Origin: Lepidodermella squamata
Taxonomy: Eukaryota; Animalia; Gastrotricha
Length of the DNA: 64,000 nucleotides
Assembly (NCBI GenBank): GCA_047495785.1
Contig: JBLDXI010000001.1
Span: 3,658,001 to 3,722,000, forward strand
Direction of reading: 5' to 3'
Below the pieces are notes generated by a model. That model worked only from the letters and a program-made list of their open reading frames with translations, had not been told where the DNA came from and made no database searches. The position numbers were made by a program, and so were the translations under genes. Below are positions 22,301-32,526 of this stretch, piece by piece. Position 1 is the stretch's first letter; each line of letters begins with the position of its first letter.

Positions 22301-25300
22301 TGCCATTAATACCACAAGGCCGCGCTTACCGTCGTTGCTAAAACATCTGCCGCGCGCAAATTATACGGTGCCAGTCTTATGGAGTGTGAAATATTTATTA
22401 CCTATAAGGCCTAATTTTGGCCGTTGGCTTGAAACTGACCAGATCGCATTTGGTGTCGTTTTTCAAAAATTTAAAATTAACCTACGATAATTTAAATTCC
22501 TTCGAATTCGAATTTCAAATAAATACGCTCATTAGTCATCCGTAGCGCTTTTAATGTAGCGTCCGAGGTTTCGACTGTCAGTCTTGCGGTCATTAACAAT
22601 GATCAAGTGCCGCATCGCTCGCTAGTGTCTACAGACAGTAAGTCATTGTCGTCGCTTCGCGTGTGAAACGAGCCGCTGGTTTAAATTATCATGATGGATT
22701 GTTTATAAATAATAACGACTGGGCGGCTCCTTTCAAACGCAACGTTGCTATTGTTCTATTTCCTAAACGAACAAACACAAGTAATATGGCGAAATTCAAG
22801 ACTGATTGTAACAACGGTTAACACTACATAAACAGCGCTACGAATAACAAACAAGCTCATTCTAATAAATTAGGAATTTATAAAAAAAAATTCAATTTCT
22901 GGAATTTTCTTTAATTTCTGAAATGTTGAAAAATTGCATTTTTTGAGAATTTTCAAACTTAAAAAAAAATTAAAAATACCTACAATTTCTGATAATATAG
23001 CTTTTAAAAATATAAATTAAAGCCCAATTATTCATATATTTTTTCGATTTTTCAAGATTTTTAAACGTCTTATTTTGCAAATGGCTACCTCATCGAATAC
23101 CGGAGAAATGATGGCTGATTTTTTGCGGCAATACGCCGAATGTGGATTACCTGCGCATCTACTGGAACTGATGCGCAATCGCATGCTGAATATAGCGGCA
23201 AATCGCGAACTCATCGCCTTCTTACAGCGCCAAAAATCTACGCGGGAACAACTCGAATTTCGCAATCAATCGCTGGAGAAGGAGAATGAAGCGCTAAATC
23301 ATGAAAATTTCAATTTGAAATTAAGGCTCGAAGACAAAATCGACGTGGCACCAACTAATCTTAGCGTAATGACGACTTCACATCACGAAAATTTATGCAA
23401 TCACTGCTGCCACGTCAAAGAAGAAAAAGTTTCGTTCGAGGATGACGATGATATCAAAAAATGCATTGAAGAATGGCGAGCGGCGGAGACGAAACGACTC
23501 GAGACCGAATTCGAGGAAAAAACGCGCCGCGAATTCGAAAGAATGAATCGAGAGGAACAGGCGAAAATAGCCGCCCAATTCGCGAAAATCCACGCGCAGT
23601 TCGACGAGTGGGTTAGCGAAGAAGAGGCGAAACTGGCCGAGGCCGAGGCGAAATTGGCTGAGAAAGAGGCAAAATTGGTTGCGGAAAACGCAAAGATCAA
23701 GCGGGAAAATGTCGAATGGATTCGCGAACAGAAGGCGAAATTGGCTAGTGCATTCGAAACGTGGAAAATGGATCACAAGATGAAATGCGACTACCACAGA
23801 TCGGTCGTCGAAGATCACGTAAAGCGGAAGAAATTTGCGCCCTGAATCTCGAAAATGGTATGTCCTGTTAATTTCTTAAGCTGCTTAATAATACTAGGTT
23901 TCACTTATTAATTTTTTCTCTTTATTAGCGCACATAATTTTATAGATTTTTTCAAATTAAATTAAATATTTTTTTCGATTTTCTTCAGGATGCTCACCGA
24001 ACTGCCAATGCAATACATTTCTGAGACTGGCGAATTTCCGGCTGCGCGGACGACACTATTCTGTCCCACATTTGATTATTGACGCAATCCAATCAAAATT
24101 ATCTTCATTTCATCTTTTACCGGTTCGAGAAAGCGGCAGCGGAATTTCTGTGAAATTTTCTCCCATCAAATCCTGTACACTAACGAATCATCAACATTTT
24201 CATTCATCATTTTTTACACCATAATATATAGCGATGATAACAGTGCCATTTTTCTAAATAAAACGAAGAGTTTACTTGAAAATTATTTTTTTGTCGGAAA
24301 TCGTAACATTCGAAACGAATTTCGACGCTGATTAGTTAAAATTGCAAACTTGCATTTTGGTAAGTAAAATAGTTGGAGAATGGGCCTCGCATTTAAAAAT
24401 TTTATTTTCATTTAAAACCGCCATATTATTAGAAATTGACCCTCTGACATGAGCAAGCGCCGTTAACAATTTCTTGAAAATTTTTTGGCGAGCGCCTTTA
24501 TGCCTGCTAGCGAGGAAAAATGTCCGCCCGTCAAGACGTTTTGATAGCCCAAATGAAATAAAGCGATAAATTCGAAATGATTGAGGTTATGTAAAACTCG
24601 TTTAATTACGAATATTAAATTTAAAAATAAACACCGCAGCGGTTATTAAGTGAAAAAGCACGCGCGTTTAATTGCCGATAAATACAGCGCGTGCCAATCC
24701 AATACACTAGCACAATAATTACCATCTCTTGAATGGCGTCTATTAGAAAACAGCCAAATACCAGGGTGAAATTGGCTCTCTGCATGAGGGTTAGGGTGAC
24801 ACGTGTCAATTCAAAACATTAATTAGCATATGCAGTCTTCCGATCAGAAACGATCAGAAATGGCTCCAGTAAAAATTTCCAAGTATCGCAATATTTTGAT
24901 ATTTGATACAACAACGCCGCGAGTGAGTACAAAGAGCTTAAAAGACACGTGATATAAACGCATTCGAAATCTCGCGTAACATTTTCTCGCTCATATTCGC
25001 GCGCGGGTGAGCGAACAAAGCGAAAGCCGCTCGCGCATAAGCATTATAGAATATAGATTTACAAACCGCTAACGGTTTCGACCCTCAGGATTGAAGCGTC
25101 AAATATGACATGCGATAGGTAGAACAGATGGGCAGAATACTTAGCCCCAACTCCTCGATATATCGCATATCGCACATCGCATCTTCGCGCACTCCTCTTT
25201 TCAGATTTTTGTTAAAATTTCTGTTTTCTTCCGATTTTAGGGTTGTTAAATGGCTGCGAATAACACAACTGCGACTATGATGGAAGAATTGTTGCAGCAA

Positions 25301-28300
25301 TACGCCGAATGTGGATTGCCGCAGAATGTGCTTGATTTGTTGCGGGAGCGAATGCCAAAAATAACGGCGAATCGAGAACTTATCGCTTATTTAATGCGCC
25401 AGAAAACCGAGCTAGATAAACTCAAAATAAGCAACAAAACGCAAGTCGATGAGATCGATACTCTCAAACAGGAAATTTTCTGCTTGAAAATGCCGCTCGA
25501 GCCCATGGGTGACAATAAATCGGCCCTCGATAGCGCACTGAACCTTCCTTATAACAACGAAAATCTATGCAATCAAATTCATGTCAAGGAAGAAAAAATT
25601 TCGTTCGATATAATAGAAGAATGGAAGACGGCGGAGACGAAACGACTCGAGGCAGAATTCAAGGAGAAAAAGCGACTGGAATTTGAAAATATAAAGCAAA
25701 TTTTTACGAAGTGGACGGGCGAAGAAAAGGAGAGGATGAAGAAGGCCCATGACGAATGGGTAAGCAAAGAAGCGGATAAAATGATGAAGGTATTCCAAGA
25801 GTGGAAACTAGATCATATGAAAAAGTGCGAATATCACAAATCGATCGGCAATCACCAAGTAATGCGAGATCTCAATAATGAGAATAGTAAGTAATTGATG
25901 GCTTTGTAAATTCGAAGAAAGGTATGTTCATGTAATTAATCATCGATTAATTTATTAATATATAATATATAACCTCGCCGAATCATATATTAAATCGGCT
26001 GATAATTAAAACAATTATTCTGAAAAAATCAATTTATACCACAATTATGTTGTATCTATTAATTAATTCCTGAATTATGTAGAAATTCGGGTTTGCTTTT
26101 GTTTTGTTTTGTTTTTGATTTTCAACGCGATTTCTGAAATTCTCATTCATCGTGACAATAATCAATAACTTGGCGACTTTTGTTGATAACTCATCAATTA
26201 TCGGTCCGAAAACTCAGCGGATTTTCCTAATCAACGGCAAACGGCAAGTAACGTCATGTGAGTAAAACTTTGCCAGAACAATATTTAATCCCCATCACTT
26301 ACACTGTGTTCGAATTTTCTAGGTGAAACGTAAATTTAACGCCTTACGCACAGGTGTTACCTGAGCACTTAAATGTGGTCTCAAGAGCAAGCCGTCATTC
26401 GACTTGGTGCGCAGCTGACGAAAAGAACAGGTGCAGCAGTTGTCACAAATCACGCCACCTTAACGAAAGATCAAGCTCAAGAAAATCAGAACTCGGACAT
26501 TTACGTGACGAGGCGCAAAAATATAAGTACGTTTTGAATTTCAATTGCTTGACGGGAATATTAAATGGCGAGTTTCCCAAATTGGAGACATTTTCTGACT
26601 TTTTTCTTATTAGGTTTGAAAATTGTCGATTTCAATTTTTAGAATGGAATGGTATGCGAAGATGAAGTATTACGGCGCGGAATTGGCGATGGCCGAACTT
26701 GAAATCAACAATGGCTCGTTTCCGAACGGTTTAATTATGGCCGCTGTCCTCGACGCCGAGTTCGAAAGCAAACATAAACATGCCGATTCAACTCGAAGCG
26801 ACTCCTACTGGCTCGTGAGGGCTATCAGTAAGAAAATCACGCAACGGTTGACTGAAGAATTCGCCACGAAACTGCAGGCAGAGAATATGAAGATGAAGAA
26901 GTACTACAAAGATTGGGCGAACCGCGAGAAGGAAAAGCTGGATGCAGCTTACAAATCGCTGAAAGACGAACGCAAGAAGTTGAAGGAAGACCAGCGACGC
27001 CTGGCTGAGGCCACGAAACGCTTCAACCAGCATAAACGGCAATATTTGTTACAAAGTATGCAAAAATTAGGTAATTTTTACTTCTCAATTTCATATAAAA
27101 AATCGAATTTCAAATTTCAAAATTCAGCGTAATTTTGTTATTTTTTCAATTTCTAAAATAGACTTGGGCTGCGTTAAGCAACATGGTGATGCCGAGCCGG
27201 AAAAGGAGAATCAGCCTCAAGACCAAAATACAGGAGAATAATCCGAAAAATAGCGACAAGAATGACATTTGTTACGATCTCGCTCAATTTTGTGCTGCTT
27301 GTTGATGTTATAAATTAGGGCCGTGTACATAATAGACCAAAATAAATCAGAAAATTGCAATTTGTGACTTTTCTAGTTGAAATTCCATCACTTCACGGCA
27401 GTACTGAAATAAACCGGAGGAAAATGTTGGGAAAAATTGGAGCGAATTCGGGTCAAATTGAGACAATTTCATTTTTATCTAAAATTTTTCATTTTTACCT
27501 GACAAAACTGGCTGGAGCAATGACTGTATCGTTGAATTTCGCCATTTCGTCCTCATAGCCACCAATAAGCGGCGCCTTCTCAGCAGATCCAGCCGGAACA
27601 ACAGCCAAATCGTCCTTTTCATCGATAACAAGTCGGTTATGAAATCGGCACCTTTTCTGCCGACTCGTGATGAAAAATGTCTTGGTCGTTTTTGTCTTAT
27701 TGATGACCATGCGCTTCAGAACAGGGTCGAAATACTCTTCGAGTTCGCTCGAAGTCTTTCGGATATCGAAAATTTCGCGGCTGTCCTCGAAGGAGTAATC
27801 GTCTTTGACATAGGTGTAAGTATCGGCTGAAATCAGCACTCGACCGGGTTGGTCGCTGGATTCCTAAAAATCGAAAAATTCCACATAATATTGATTTGAA
27901 ATAAGTATACTTTCTGGAAAATGGGTTTTTGTGAAACAAAACAGCTTCAAAATAAAAAATTTCCCATTTTTGCCATTTCTCAACGAGTATTTAGGATGGC
28001 CCTAAAGCCCTAGAGAGTTTCATTTTGTTTTCCCGTGCCTGAAATAATTTCCATGACTGTTCGGAAAATCGGAAAATCACTCATTTTGAAATTCGACACT
28101 GGAAATCGATATTTTTACTAGAATTTCGCGACATTTCAAACAACGAAAACTCAGCAAAAAATGCATCGTTTATTTTTAACCAACTTTACATTCATTTTTA
28201 TTCATCGATAAGGCTACTCGCGAACAATGCTGAAATCAGATTCTAGCGATTCTCAAGTAACGAAGTTTGCCCTGGCAATTTGTAAGGGCTAGTAACCTTC

Positions 28301-31300
28301 GCCCTTTGCCCGTTGCGGACACGCGCTCAGTAGCCTTTGTAAACCCTGACCAGGCGTCAGTAGGGTTGGATTCGAACTTCTCAATAAATCAGCTAATTGG
28401 AACAACCACGCGTGCGACCAGTATAAAGTCGGCAACCTCAACAGTACAGCAAAACAATTAATCATAACTTCTCTTTCTTTCCTGTTCGCAATGATCTCCG
28501 ACGAAGAGATGATTTTCCTGGACGATGATCTTATCGACTTCAGGGATACCCTTAAGCCGGCGCTAATCCGCCCTGCAACTAGGCAGCAGCCGGCCGAGCC
28601 GAACGCAACAGCAGCCCGGCAGATGATGGAGGCGGTCAACCGGTTTTCAGCGACGGTGGAAGCAGCCTTAGCGGCAACCCGGAGGGCGCAAGCCAACGAG
28701 GAAGAGGTCCGAGCGGCAACCCGGACGGCAAAGGCCAACGAGGATAGGCGGCAGCGTCGACAACGGTTGGCGGAAACGAGGCCGGCTGGGGTGGCGAGGC
28801 AGCGGCCGGTGGAGCAGGGGTCAAAGCGGTGGGCGGCACAGGTGGACCGCATTCTCGGAAACCTACCACCCGGGCTCGGGAAAGGAGCGGCGCACCAGCG
28901 ATTTTCAAATTATTTTCGAAAACAAAAGTCAAATTGCTTCCACAACCTCTACGTTCTACTTGCCCATATCGACGCATTCTAGGATCATCTAGAAGACTTC
29001 ACTACCGTTCATCACAGTAACAATCAGGAAAACGTACTTGCTAACAGCTTCCTATGCACTCCTTGGGTATCGGGCGGCATCAGGGTTGTCTATAGCTCGT
29101 GTCGACAATTATCGAAATTGCTCAATCTTTGCTCCAGGATTATCTCAACTCTTTCTTTCTCGTAAACCTATTATTTCAATCGACTGTTACCACCCATAGA
29201 ATAAAGGCAAACTTCGAACAACGTTGCATCGACATAGCAGAAATAGGTAAGCTCGAGCTTTACTGGGTTGAAACCACCAAGGTGACCAAATCTGTTTCGC
29301 TTGATGACGTATCGGCAATCGGGTGGAATTTCGCCGAGCCCGACCGCATCGCTAAGTTGAAAACGAATTCATTTTTGAATTTCGTAGACCTCATTGGTTT
29401 GGTTTCATCGTTCAATCTTGTTAAAGAAACATCTCCGATAAAAGAGAAACCGGTATTTCCGGTTCCCGTCTAATTTTGTACGCACAAGGAAAGAAGTACC
29501 AGGAGCAGAGGGCCATGGAAAGAAAGTCTTGCCAGACTTTGCGACTTACATTTTGGGGTGATACGAGTGTTCAGCGCTTCGATCGGTTCAACTTGCCTGT
29601 TATCATTTTGGTTTAAAACTGTGCCATTGAAAATTCATCCAACTTTCCCATCTCCTCACAACATCTTTTAAAACGATGAAATATCTCAGTTCAATTTGTC
29701 GCAGTTGGACGAGTTGAAGAAGGCCGTTAAAGCCAAGTAAGCATTTTTGTTATTTGCCATCAATCCGTTTTCCGCTACATACGCTTTGCCGATATTCAAA
29801 AGATTTTAGCTTCTTGCAATTTTATTTCGATCTGATATACTGCTTGTATTTTGATTATTGACTCGAGCTACCAGCCCGAACAGAAGAAAGTTAAGTTGTA
29901 CCTCTGGGGGCACCACGCCTCACAGTTCTCGAAGATTACGGAAGAAACAAGCGAAATCTTTTGTATGCTGAAGCGAACCTGATTAACAACCGGATCAATG
30001 ACACGCGTATCATGAATGCCCGGATGGCCTAATATTAGCCGAACTCAGATACCTGTTTGCAAATCTACCAAATGAGGCAGCCTAAACCTTATTACGAATC
30101 GCAGGCTTCAGTCAACGATTCCAGTAAGAACTTCCCGAAACCCAGGAAAAACCGAAAAAACATTATCATCCTATCATGGAGGCAATGATCAAAAAGCTGG
30201 CCGTAAATATCCTCGGAAAGGAGCTGGCTGAAGACTTATTTCAAAAGGGCTCGAGGCTAGCCCATCTCTACGGATTACGAAAATTTACAAAAAAAACCCT
30301 GACCATGAGGCCGATGTTCACAGCCACCAATACTTACAACTATCGATTGGCCAAGTGGTTGGAAGTACGACTAAAACGCTTTCGTCAAACCGGTTCACGA
30401 TCATCGACAGAAAAAAATGCTGCGTTAAATTCACAATTATGACCCTATTATTTCCAAAATCCCACTTTCGAATGACATTTCAATCAAATTGAAACAGATT
30501 ATCTTTTAGCGATGTCAAATTTGCCCAGAGTCATTTTTAGAATAATTCTACGAATGTTAGACGAAGCATGAGTTCTGAATTGAACACTATGTGGAATGTT
30601 AGGCTGAAGTTACCAGCCTCATAGTCTCCTCATAGTCAGGGTCGCTACTCTCTTCGGATGCCGACAAGGTGGGCGATAACGCGCGCTTAGGCATGGCTAA
30701 TTTTTGATAATTTCTCAACTGTTCGAAACAGTTTTCAAATAAAAAAAACTGCTAGTAAATGTAGCACAAGTAAACCAGCGGTGACAGTTATAGCTGGTGC
30801 ATAGCTCACTCGGCTTGCAGCTGGTACTTTTTATTTTCGGCGGGTATTTTCCAGAAAATTCTACTATAAGCCGGACATTTTGAAGTTAAATTCACTAAAA
30901 ATCTGTCCGTTTTAACGCATGTCCGGCTTAATGTCGTCCGGCTTATTGCAACTATTAGTATGTAAAACGCTAGTCCGCGGCACGAGCCAGCCGATTTTGT
31001 CCGTATTAACGCAAGTCCGGCTTATTGTCGTCCGGCTTAACGCAAAACTACTGTATACACTCAAAAGGTGAGATTGACTAATTTTAGAATATTTTTGAAA
31101 AATTGTATAAAAAATGAAATAAACATACCATCACGTCATTGCAGAAATTGCAATCATCGCCCCAAATGTCGAATTTATACCGCTTCGTGCCGAACAGCCC
31201 AGCCTGGACCGTACCAGTATGAATGCCGACATGAACACTCAACTCCTCGTTGTGACTCGCGTTAAACGCCTCAATGACCTTACACATACCGAGTCCAGCC

Positions 31301-32526
31301 TCAATGCAGCAATGAGCGTGGTCTTCCCGCGGGGTCGGGCAGCCACTCAAACAAATGTAACGATCGCCTAAAATACTGATCTTCTCGCACCCAGCCGCCC
31401 AGCAAACACTGTCGAATCGGTCGAAAATCTCATTCAGCAACGGCACCCACGCCTCAGGGCTCTTTTTCGAGCTGATTGTCGTAAAACCGCAAATATTCGC
31501 GTAAATTATCGAGACATTTTCGAACTTTTCAACATGAAAATCGTGCAGTAAATCGAAGTCGCTCTTCCCACTTTCCGGGAGCCAATAAATCGAGTCTGGT
31601 TTAGGCTCGAAACTCGCCAGAATTTCGTTTGTTAGCAAGTCATGCGAAACGAGTTCAGGCGGTCTTTTCTCCCGCGGCTGTTCGGTTTTAGCCAGGGATC
31701 TCCGATCGGATTTTTTCGGTTTTTTCGGGCTGAAAACGAACTCGGCGAACGCCTGAGGCATGATTGAGAGGACTAATTTTTGCCTCAGCCTTTTCTCGAC
31801 ATCTAACCGCTGACTGGCGATTAAACTCTGCGCGCCGTACCAAAAGCCGGTCCGCAGCCGGCTGTCGTGAACTAGCCGCGTGGTAAATGCGATGTAAATC
31901 ACGCCGAAATAAATTAAAAATCGACAAGTCACCGATTCAAAGCTGACGTTAGGCTGTAAAATTGCGATAAAAATCGCCTCAACCAGCCCAGTTATTGCCA
32001 ATGAAGCGGAAAAAGCGGCGATAAACGGCAGTGCGACAAGGGTGTTTAAAACCAGCATCGCCACGCAGTACAACGAAAACACACTGACTTGCGTTAAAAT
32101 TGTCGATTTAAGTAAAGAAGGCACGAGAAATGTGGCTAGCGACCCGATTAAGGTGGCTATCGATGTTGAAATCAACAGAGCGCGACCGTGTTGTAGAGTT
32201 GGCCTACACTGGTAGGCTGCGATGAGAAATGCGATGAAAATCAGCAGAAAATAGGCGAATAATGCGCCGAAGAAGTACGGAAGACTGTTGTTTGTTAAAT
32301 TTTCAGTCTCAGATACCGCATAGGCAATGGCTGTGTAGAGTGTCCACATGAGACTGACGCCTATTAGGCAAGAAATAGCCGCCAGTTGGCCGGCTCGGTC
32401 GTGTTCGAACGACGCGATTCGGTAGTTGTGTTCCATTTGCGGCGTGTCGAAACTCAGCCGCCATAATTGCGAGTCTGAACGCGGGAAAACCAGCGTCGCC
32501 AGCATATTGGCAGCCGAAATGGCCAT
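10395..32526 (-). CDS. ADCY9: Membrane adenylyl cyclase, type 9-like; exons 32526-31129, 27863-27499, 16789-16231, 14302-13949, 13075-12565, 10606-10395
   Basis: TM-C1-TM-C2 layout; C1 NVSIIYANICGFT...CEKISILGDRY...VGIHTG...KFDIWGDD...M|ESSDQPGRVLIS; C2 IVNFADYYEE...VEKVKT...YDVWGDTVNFASKM...IQVSE...GKGDIKTF; all five introns are GT-AG with matching phase. Confidence 0.85.
11068..12326 (+). pseudogene. Disrupted C2H2-finger plus MADF (Myb/SANT-like) gene nested antisense in a cyclase intron
   Basis: CNICSKTFNSEAGLKIHNSKMH finger; LIRLVRMQRPLYDDKH then frameshift near 11385 to DLEEVAALWQWIG...AEDAKSTWHSL (MADF pattern); downstream part is broken and its extent is uncertain. Confidence 0.55.
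13246..13480. mobile_element. MITE with imperfect inverted termini
   Basis: tatattcgtac...aaagctgagata...caaattt.ct.acaaaa at 13246-13320 mirrored at 13412-13480. Confidence 0.7.
14600..14870 (+). mobile_element. Mutator-like (MULE) transposase fragment
   Basis: VKDLGLTVIYNMDESVNLAVKMLAALAYVPEQDV fits the MULE LGL...Y...D...L.ALAFLP..DV segment; truncated on both sides. Confidence 0.65.
15030..15758 (+). mobile_element. Crypton-type tyrosine recombinase relic
   Basis: N-part QWQRFRKYL...LKVWLNSFFLDLSRQNG; C-part SNHSARK..*ALLRRLGYDNIQISLHLGHSNPASLLSY carries HxxR, GH and Y motifs; central part missing; in-frame TGA at 15501. Confidence 0.7.
17329..17592 (+). promoter_or_regulatory. CRE-CRE-TATA promoter-like module
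   Basis: TGACGTCA at 17329-17336 and 17436-17443; TATATAAA at 17585-17592. Confidence 0.45.
18328..18572 (+). promoter_or_regulatory. Second CRE-like plus TATA module
   Basis: cGACGTCA at 18328-18335 and gcctatataaaggcc at 18562-18576, the same 15-mer as at 17582-17596. Confidence 0.35.
19155..19286 (+). promoter_or_regulatory. Triple CArG box (SRF-type) plus TATA promoter-like module
   Basis: CC(A/T)6GG at 19155-19164, 19195-19204 and 19227-19236; TATAAATA at 19279-19286. Confidence 0.55.
23081..23845 (+). CDS. Nested leucine-zipper/coiled-coil protein, paralogue A
   Basis: 254-aa ORF, ttttcaAG acceptor at 23056, 3'UTR intron 23858-23988, AATAAA near 24258; clear protein-level similarity to 25250-25894. 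Confidence 0.8.
   Translation: MATSSNTGEMMADFLRQYAECGLPAHLLELMRNRMLNIAANRELIAFLQRQKSTREQLEFRNQSLEKENEALNHENFNLKLRLEDKIDVAPTNLSVMTTSHHENLCNHCCHVKEEKVSFEDDDDIKKCIEEWRAAETKRLETEFEEKTRREFERMNREEQAKIAAQFAKIHAQFDEWVSEEEAKLAEAEAKLAEKEAKLVAENAKIKRENVEWIREQKAKLASAFETWKMDHKMKCDYHRSVVEDHVKRKKFAP
25250..25894 (+). CDS. Nested coiled-coil protein, paralogue B
   Basis: 214-aa ORF sharing QYAECGLP, ANRELIA.L.RQK, ENLCN..HVKEEK.SF, EEW..AETKRLE.EF and WK.DH..KC.YH.S with paralogue A; ttttAG acceptor at 25240. Confidence 0.8.
   Translation: MAANNTTATMMEELLQQYAECGLPQNVLDLLRERMPKITANRELIAYLMRQKTELDKLKISNKTQVDEIDTLKQEIFCLKMPLEPMGDNKSALDSALNLPYNNENLCNQIHVKEEKISFDIIEEWKTAETKRLEAEFKEKKRLEFENIKQIFTKWTGEEKERMKKAHDEWVSKEADKMMKVFQEWKLDHMKKCEYHKSIGNHQVMRDLNNENSK
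26644..27240 (+). CDS. Third nested coiled-coil gene (exons 26644-27070, 27162-27240; a further in-frame exon 26354-26526 is possible)
   Basis: Acceptor at 26642, phase-1 intron 27071-27161 giving KL|DLGC...GE*, AATAAA near 27341; W-spaced charged helix (DWANREKEKL) like A and B; true start uncertain. Confidence 0.6.
28491..28982 (+). CDS. Hypothetical A/R-rich protein nested in the first coding intron of the cyclase
   Basis: 163-aa GC-rich ORF with TATAAA at 28423 upstream; no domain recognised; may be element-derived. Confidence 0.35.
   Translation: MISDEEMIFLDDDLIDFRDTLKPALIRPATRQQPAEPNATAARQMMEAVNRFSATVEAALAATRRAQANEEEVRAATRTAKANEDRRQRRQRLAETRPAGVARQRPVEQGSKRWAAQVDRILGNLPPGLGKGAAHQRFSNYFRKQKSNCFHNLYVLLAHIDAF
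30176..30420 (+). mobile_element. Penelope-like retroelement reverse transcriptase fragment
   Basis: GSRLAHLYGLRKFTKKTLTMRPMFTATNTYNYRLAKWL fits the PLE LYGLPK.HK...RPI......Y.LAKWL segment. Confidence 0.7.
30860..31055. mobile_element. pogo/Tigger-like MITE ends (two tandem right-end copies)
   Basis: tgtccgt.ttaacgca.gtccggctta.tgtcgtccggctta..gcaa.. at 30904-30960 and 30998-31055, ending ctactg|ta. Confidence 0.55.

Noticed and set aside
22565-22595. Penelope-type hammerhead on the minus strand (gactgacagtcgaaac)
   Set aside because: The CUGANGA core is absent
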